A stretch of 64,000 nt of DNA from Alphaproteobacteria bacterium. Lineage in GTDB: Bacteria > Pseudomonadota > Alphaproteobacteria > MPNO01 > UBA830. Position numbers and translations under genes: made by a program. The stretch spans positions 1,995,529 to 2,059,528 of the forward strand of contig OZ244893.1 in NCBI GenBank assembly GCA_965221485.1, written 5' to 3'. Under the pieces are notes generated by a model that saw only the letters and a program-made list of their open reading frames with translations, was not told the DNA's origin and ran no database searches. Each line of letters opens with the position of its first letter. The stretch's first letter is position 1. Of this stretch, positions 59,619-64,000 are shown piece after piece.

Positions 59619-61247
59619 ATGCGGCCCTATCTTACGCTGCACGATCCCGAACAGGCACGAGCCTGGTATCGCGACGGTTTGTGGACGGACGATACGCCGT
59701 GGTCCCTTCTCACCCGGCATGCGAGCGAAAGGCCGCAAGCGGTGGCCCTGCGGGACGGGCGATCCCGGCTGACATGGACGCAACTCCTGGAGCGCACTGA
59801 AACCCTCGCCGGAGTTCTGGAGCGAAGGGGCCTTGTAACGGGCGATCGTGTTTCGGTCTGGATGTCTGACCGCGTGGAACCGGTGCTTGCCCTCCTTGCC
59901 TGCTCGCGTAACGGCTATACCCTGAATCCGTCTCTTCACCGGACTCATACCTGCGCCGAGGTCGCGGCCCTCCTGCGTCTTATCGGCACCCGCGTCCTGA
60001 TCACGGAACCCGGCTGGGGTGCCGACAATTCAAAGGGAACTTTGGAAGAGGTGGCGACCCATCTGCCGGACGGTCTCTTTATCGACACACCGGGTTCGCT
60101 TCCGGTCAAGGGCCCAGGACCTGAAAAATCTCCGGCCGACAACGCGGACAGGATTTCCTATCTTGCATTCACTTCAGGCACGACAGGCCCGCCCAAATGC
60201 GTGATGCATTCCGCAAACACCCTGTTTTCCAATGCCCGCGACATGGTGCGATTCTGGAAGCTGGATACCGGGACCCGTATCCTTACGCTGAGCCCGCTGT
60301 CTCATCACATCGCCTGGGTTGCCGTCGCCGAATGGTTGACCTGCGGCGGGCAACTGATCGTAAACGATCCACCGTCCGGCCTTGGTCAGCTGGGCTGGAT
60401 CGTGGAGACCGGTGCAACCTGCGTGATGGGTGTGCCGACCCACGCCATGGATATCCTTCAGGAACAGCGTGAGGCAGAGCTTCCGCGTCTTGGCTCTGTG
60501 ACCATGTTCTACATGGCCGGCGCACCAATTCCTCCGGTCGTCTGCGAGGCCCTCATTGCGCAGGACATCAGGCCCCAGAACGTCTATGGCATGACCGAAA
60601 ACTCTTCGCATCATTTCACACATCCTGGCGACGATCCGGACACCTGGATCAATTCCTGCGGACGCGGCGGCCCGGCCTACGAGGTGATGATCGTTGACGC
60701 CGAGGATCCGGATCGGCCGGCCGCGCCCGGTGCCACAGGACAGATCGCCGGGCGAGGTGCTGCCCTGATGCTCGGTTATTACGGAGAACAGGACGCAACC
60801 GCACGCAGTTTCAACAAGGACGGCTGGTTCCTGTCCGGCGATCTGGGTTACCTCGACCAGAACGGCAATCTTCATGTTTCCGGAAGGCTGAAAGATCTGA
60901 TCATTCGGGGTGGCCACAATATCTATCCGGCCCACATCGAGGCGCTCGCATTGCGGAGTCCTCACATCACCAGAGCGGCCGTTTTTCCGATCCCCGACGA
61001 ACGTCTGGGTGAACGCGCGTGCATCGCAATTGTCGGGGACCTCGACGGCAGTCGGACGCTTGAGCATCTGGCCGCCGAGGGACTGTCTCGCTATGACATG
61101 CCCGAGTATTTCCTGTCACTCCCCAGCTTCCCGCTCACCGCAAGCGGCAAGGTCCTCAAAAGAGAGCTCATGAACATGCTGGCGCTCAACGAAATCTCTC
61201 CGGTGGCGGTCCGGTATCAACCAGGGAAAGAGGCCGATGAGCATTGA
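59619..61247 (+). CDS. AMP-dependent acyl-CoA ligase (AliA / benzoate–CoA ligase-like)
   Basis: AMP-binding motifs FTSGTTGPPK, YGMTE and DGWFLSGDLGYLD. Confidence 0.8.
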   Translation: MRPYLTLHDPEQARAWYRDGLWTDDTPWSLLTRHASERPQAVALRDGRSRLTWTQLLERTETLAGVLERRGLVTGDRVSVWMSDRVEPVLALLACSRNGYTLNPSLHRTHTCAEVAALLRLIGTRVLITEPGWGADNSKGTLEEVATHLPDGLFIDTPGSLPVKGPGPEKSPADNADRISYLAFTSGTTGPPKCVMHSANTLFSNARDMVRFWKLDTGTRILTLSPLSHHIAWVAVAEWLTCGGQLIVNDPPSGLGQLGWIVETGATCVMGVPTHAMDILQEQREAELPRLGSVTMFYMAGAPIPPVVCEALIAQDIRPQNVYGMTENSSHHFTHPGDDPDTWINSCGRGGPAYEVMIVDAEDPDRPAAPGATGQIAGRGAALMLGYYGEQDATARSFNKDGWFLSGDLGYLDQNGNLHVSGRLKDLIIRGGHNIYPAHIEALALRSPHITRAAVFPIPDERLGERACIAIVGDLDGSRTLEHLAAEGLSRYDMPEYFLSLPSFPLTASGKVLKRELMNMLALNEISPVAVRYQPGKEADEH

Positions 61248-62004
61248 CCTGTCGTTCCGGGATAATGTTGCGGTTCTCGCACTGGACCGCCCGGAAGTCC
61301 TGAATGCGTTGAGTTTTGATGTCCTGCGCCGCCTCGAGGCAACCCTGCAGGACGTCAGAAATTCATCGGCCCGCGCACTGATCGTGACCGGGCGAGGCGA
61401 TCGGGCCTTTTGCGCCGGCGCGGACATCAAGGAACTGCAGGATCGCGACCTGATCAGCCAGAAGCGCGGCAGCGAGCTGGGTCAAAGGATTTTCAGCGCC
61501 GTCGCTTCACTCCCTGTCGCGTCCATCGCAGTCATAGGCGGCTACGCATTTGGCGGCGGATTGGAACTCGCGCTCGCCTGCACGTTCCGGCTTGCCCTTC
61601 CCAACGCCAGACTGGGTTTGCCTGAAATCAAGCTCGGACTGATCCCGGGTTACGGCGGCACCCAGCGGCTGCCGCGATTGATCGGCGAAGCCCGGGCCCT
61701 CGAGATGATCATGACGGGACGCACGATCTATGCAGAAGAGGCAGAACGTATCGGGCTGGTATCGCGGATCGTGGAAGGTGATCCGGTGGAAGCGGGTCTC
61801 TCCTTCGCTTCGTCCTTTACGAATCATAGCCTGCCCGTTCTCGAGTTTGCACGCGCGGCCGTGAGCCGGGCCCATGAAACTCCGCTTCACGAAGGTCTCA
61901 AGATCGAGGCAGATTTGTCCACTCTCGCGTATCGTACGGCGGACGCGGCAGAGGGCATGGCCGCCTTCCTGGAAAAAAGAAAGCCGAGGTTCAAGGATGG
62001 TTGA
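61237..62004 (+). CDS. Enoyl-CoA hydratase/isomerase (crotonase) family protein
   Basis: Classic crotonase blocks ALIVTGRGDRAFCAGADI and IAVIGGYAFGGGLELALAC. It overlaps the ligase stop by 11 nt. Confidence 0.8.
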   Translation: MSIDLSFRDNVAVLALDRPEVLNALSFDVLRRLEATLQDVRNSSARALIVTGRGDRAFCAGADIKELQDRDLISQKRGSELGQRIFSAVASLPVASIAVIGGYAFGGGLELALACTFRLALPNARLGLPEIKLGLIPGYGGTQRLPRLIGEARALEMIMTGRTIYAEEAERIGLVSRIVEGDPVEAGLSFASSFTNHSLPVLEFARAAVSRAHETPLHEGLKIEADLSTLAYRTADAAEGMAAFLEKRKPRFKDG

Positions 62005-62713
62005 CGCGATGGAGGCCGGGCGGGTCATTGTTACCGGCGGCAGTCGGGGTATCGGCGCCGCCATCGTGACCGCACTCGATGCGGCAGGCCTTGACGTCGT
62101 AGCTGTTTCAAGGTCCGGCGATGCACCGGCGGGCCGGGGAGTGGCCTGTGACCTTACTGATGAAGTCATGCTGAAGCGGGTCTTCGCCGAAATCGGAAAC
62201 TCCGGCCCGGTAGACGGGCTTGTCAATAATGCCGGCCGCCATCTGGGCGGAAAAACCTCCGATCTCCCCATTGAAGACTATGAAAAAGTAATGGCCCTGA
62301 ACGCCACATCTGTGTTGCTGGCCTCAAGGGAAGCCTATCCGTACCTCAAGGCCAGTCGAGGTCTGATCATCAATATCGGCTCATTTTTCGACAAGCTCGG
62401 CGTACCGAATACGGTCGCTTACTGCGCTTCGAAGGCGGCTGTCGGAGCCATCACGCGCTGCCTTGCCGTTGAATGGGCTCGGGACGGCATTCGCGTGATG
62501 AATGTGGCGCCTGGATATATCGCCACGGACCTGAACAGGGAATTCCTGTCGCGAAGCGATATTCGGAAGTGGCTTGGCGAAAGGATCGCAACCGGAGGGC
62601 CCGGTAAACCCGAGGATGTAGCCACACTGGTCACCAGCCTCATTACCGGTTCGATACCCTTTCTTACCGGTGAAACCATTTATATTGACGGTGCTCAGGG
62701 CATGAAACTCTGA
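61997..62713 (+). CDS. SDR-family oxidoreductase (3-hydroxyacyl-CoA dehydrogenase-like)
   Basis: The ATG at 61997 (MVDAMEAGRVIVTGGSRGIGAAIV) overlaps the hydratase stop by 8 nt. It carries NNAG and YCASKAA (YxxxK). Confidence 0.8.
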   Translation: MVDAMEAGRVIVTGGSRGIGAAIVTALDAAGLDVVAVSRSGDAPAGRGVACDLTDEVMLKRVFAEIGNSGPVDGLVNNAGRHLGGKTSDLPIEDYEKVMALNATSVLLASREAYPYLKASRGLIINIGSFFDKLGVPNTVAYCASKAAVGAITRCLAVEWARDGIRVMNVAPGYIATDLNREFLSRSDIRKWLGERIATGGPGKPEDVATLVTSLITGSIPFLTGETIYIDGAQGMKL

Positions 62714-63191
62714 TCCGGGCTTATGTTGCCTTTTCTTGTCCTCCATGACACTGTCACAGCAAGCAGCCAACCGCAGCGGCTCTGTTTCTTGATCTGCATT
62801 GCCCGGAAACCGGACACCCGAAGGGACATCGCCAAGCCTTTACGCCGACAGCCACGGATCAAATCGGGTGGATGTAAATCCGGGCGGGTCGATCAGGGCA
62901 GCAGCAACGGCCGGCGCCTCCTCGGGGGGTCTTTGCGGCGCAACCGGCCCTCTCGTCGGCACGCCGCCCGTTGTCCCCGCCAAAAAGATGATATTCTGAA
63001 CATTCCGATCCCCGGTCTCAACTCCATCACCTTGAGTGATCTGCAGGACCTGCTCAGAAAATTGTACTGTCTTGCCAGACAACCCATGGGTAACACTTCA
63101 GACGTAACCCGCATCGAACGCTCTCGTTGCAACGCTGGTTCAACTGGGTTCGGCCGGATTGTCACCCCTGCCAATGAAAGGAGACCCGGAA

Positions 63192-64000
63192 ATGACCCAT
63201 GAACCGTTTGGGGGTGTGCTCGTTCCGGCACTCACACCATTTTCGAGCAATCTCGACGTGGACTCCGGCCGCTTTGTCGATCACTGCAGATGGCTGCTTG
63301 ATCAGGGTGTATCCGGACTCGCCATATTCGGCACAACCAGCGAAGCCAACTCGCTCACGGTCGAAGAAAAACTTGCCCTTCTGGACCTTCTGGTGTCGGA
63401 AGGCATACCCGCCGGCAAATTGATGCCAGGAACCGGTGCCTGTGCCATCGGTGATGCCGTCAAACTGACAGGGCACGCTGTCGATCTCGGTTGTGGCGGC
63501 GTGCTGATGCTGCCGCCATTCTATTACAAGGGTGTCAGCGACAGCGGCCTGTTCGCCGCATTTTCAGAAGTGATCGAGCGGGTCGGATCAGAAAAACTCA
63601 AGGTTTATCTCTATCATATCCCTCCGATGTCCCAGGTCGCCATCTCCCTCGACCTGATTGAACAGCTGCTGAGCGCCTATCCGGAGACCGTCGTCGGGTT
63701 GAAAGACAGTTCGGGTGACTGGTCGAATACCAACGCAGTTCTCCGGACGTTTCCAGGGTTCGGTGTATTTGCAGGCTCGGAAGTGTTTCTTCTCGATACA
63801 CTCCGTGCAGGTGGCGCGGGATCCATAACCGCAACCGGTAACGTGAATCCGGCCGGCATATGCAAGCTTTACGAACACTGGCAGTCCGGCGAGGCTGATG
63901 CCTTGCAGGCGCGCGTGACCGAAATCCGGAAAACAATCCAGGCCTATCCCGCCATTCCTGCGATGAAAAGGATGATCGAGGAAGTGACCGGCCTCCGCGG
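63192..64000 (+). CDS. Dihydrodipicolinate synthase / N-acetylneuraminate lyase (DapA) family class-I aldolase, 3' partial at the window end
   Basis: The ATG at 63192 has an AAGGAG RBS. The product begins MTHEPFGGVLVPALTPF...GLAIFGTTSEANSLT... with a Schiff-base Lys region (...GLKDSSGD). It is not in the ORF track because no stop falls within the window. Confidence 0.7.
   Translation, partial: MTHEPFGGVLVPALTPFSSNLDVDSGRFVDHCRWLLDQGVSGLAIFGTTSEANSLTVEEKLALLDLLVSEGIPAGKLMPGTGACAIGDAVKLTGHAVDLGCGGVLMLPPFYYKGVSDSGLFAAFSEVIERVGSEKLKVYLYHIPPMSQVAISLDLIEQLLSAYPETVVGLKDSSGDWSNTNAVLRTFPGFGVFAGSEVFLLDTLRAGGAGSITATGNVNPAGICKLYEHWQSGEADALQARVTEIRKTIQAYPAIPAMKRMIEEVTGLR

Noticed and set aside
60174-61067. 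297-aa minus-strand ORF
   Set aside because: It is antisense to the CoA-ligase gene, which has canonical AMP-binding motifs.

Overview
This 64-kb window looks like a high-GC (~60–63% by eye) alphaproteobacterial chromosome segment, and nearly all of it is coding. The genes are ordinary housekeeping and catabolic functions. They include IalB, a TrmH methyltransferase, a CobB sirtuin, LigAB-type extradiol dioxygenase subunits, a TPP enzyme, two VanA-like Rieske oxygenases and the conserved tesA / ybbA / ybbP arrangement. Also present are a FIST protein, ThpR, cysE-cysK, a UDG-family protein, two EamA transporters and an acetoacetyl-CoA-synthetase-like ligase. A membrane-fusion/RND efflux pair, a nucleotide-sugar dehydrogenase, YgfZ, an AcuI-like reductase, ppdK, glyQ-glyS, sppA and ispB follow. 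The window ends with a TAXI-TRAP transporter and a divergent crotonase / CoA-ligase / crotonase / SDR operon.

Four places stand out:
- (a) A ~4-kb stretch (~7.3–11.3 kb) with visibly lower GC carries a 418-aa AAA15/ABC-type ATPase (Walker A GNNAHGKTS, Walker B VVLIDEIELHLHP). A downstream partner ORF overlaps its stop codon, is interrupted by an in-frame TAG and has TOPRIM-like E and DxD-type motifs. This is a candidate two-gene anti-phage module of the OLD / PARIS (AriAB) / Septu class, possibly decaying.
- (b) An RND membrane-fusion protein whose N-terminus is built from three near-identical 216-bp tandem repeats. Each repeat encodes a pair of canonical EF-hand calcium-binding loops.
- (c) A small islet bounded by two ORF-poor stretches. 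It holds a PUA/EVE-like + HNH nuclease, a candidate modification-dependent type IV restriction enzyme. Next to it is an HTH + DUF433 protein.
- (d) A secreted DUF1524-type HNH nuclease with a C-terminal Excalibur Ca-binding domain.

No rRNA, tRNA, CRISPR array, transposase or integrase was recognised. Many long ORFs in the track are antisense artefacts of high-GC coding regions and were discarded.
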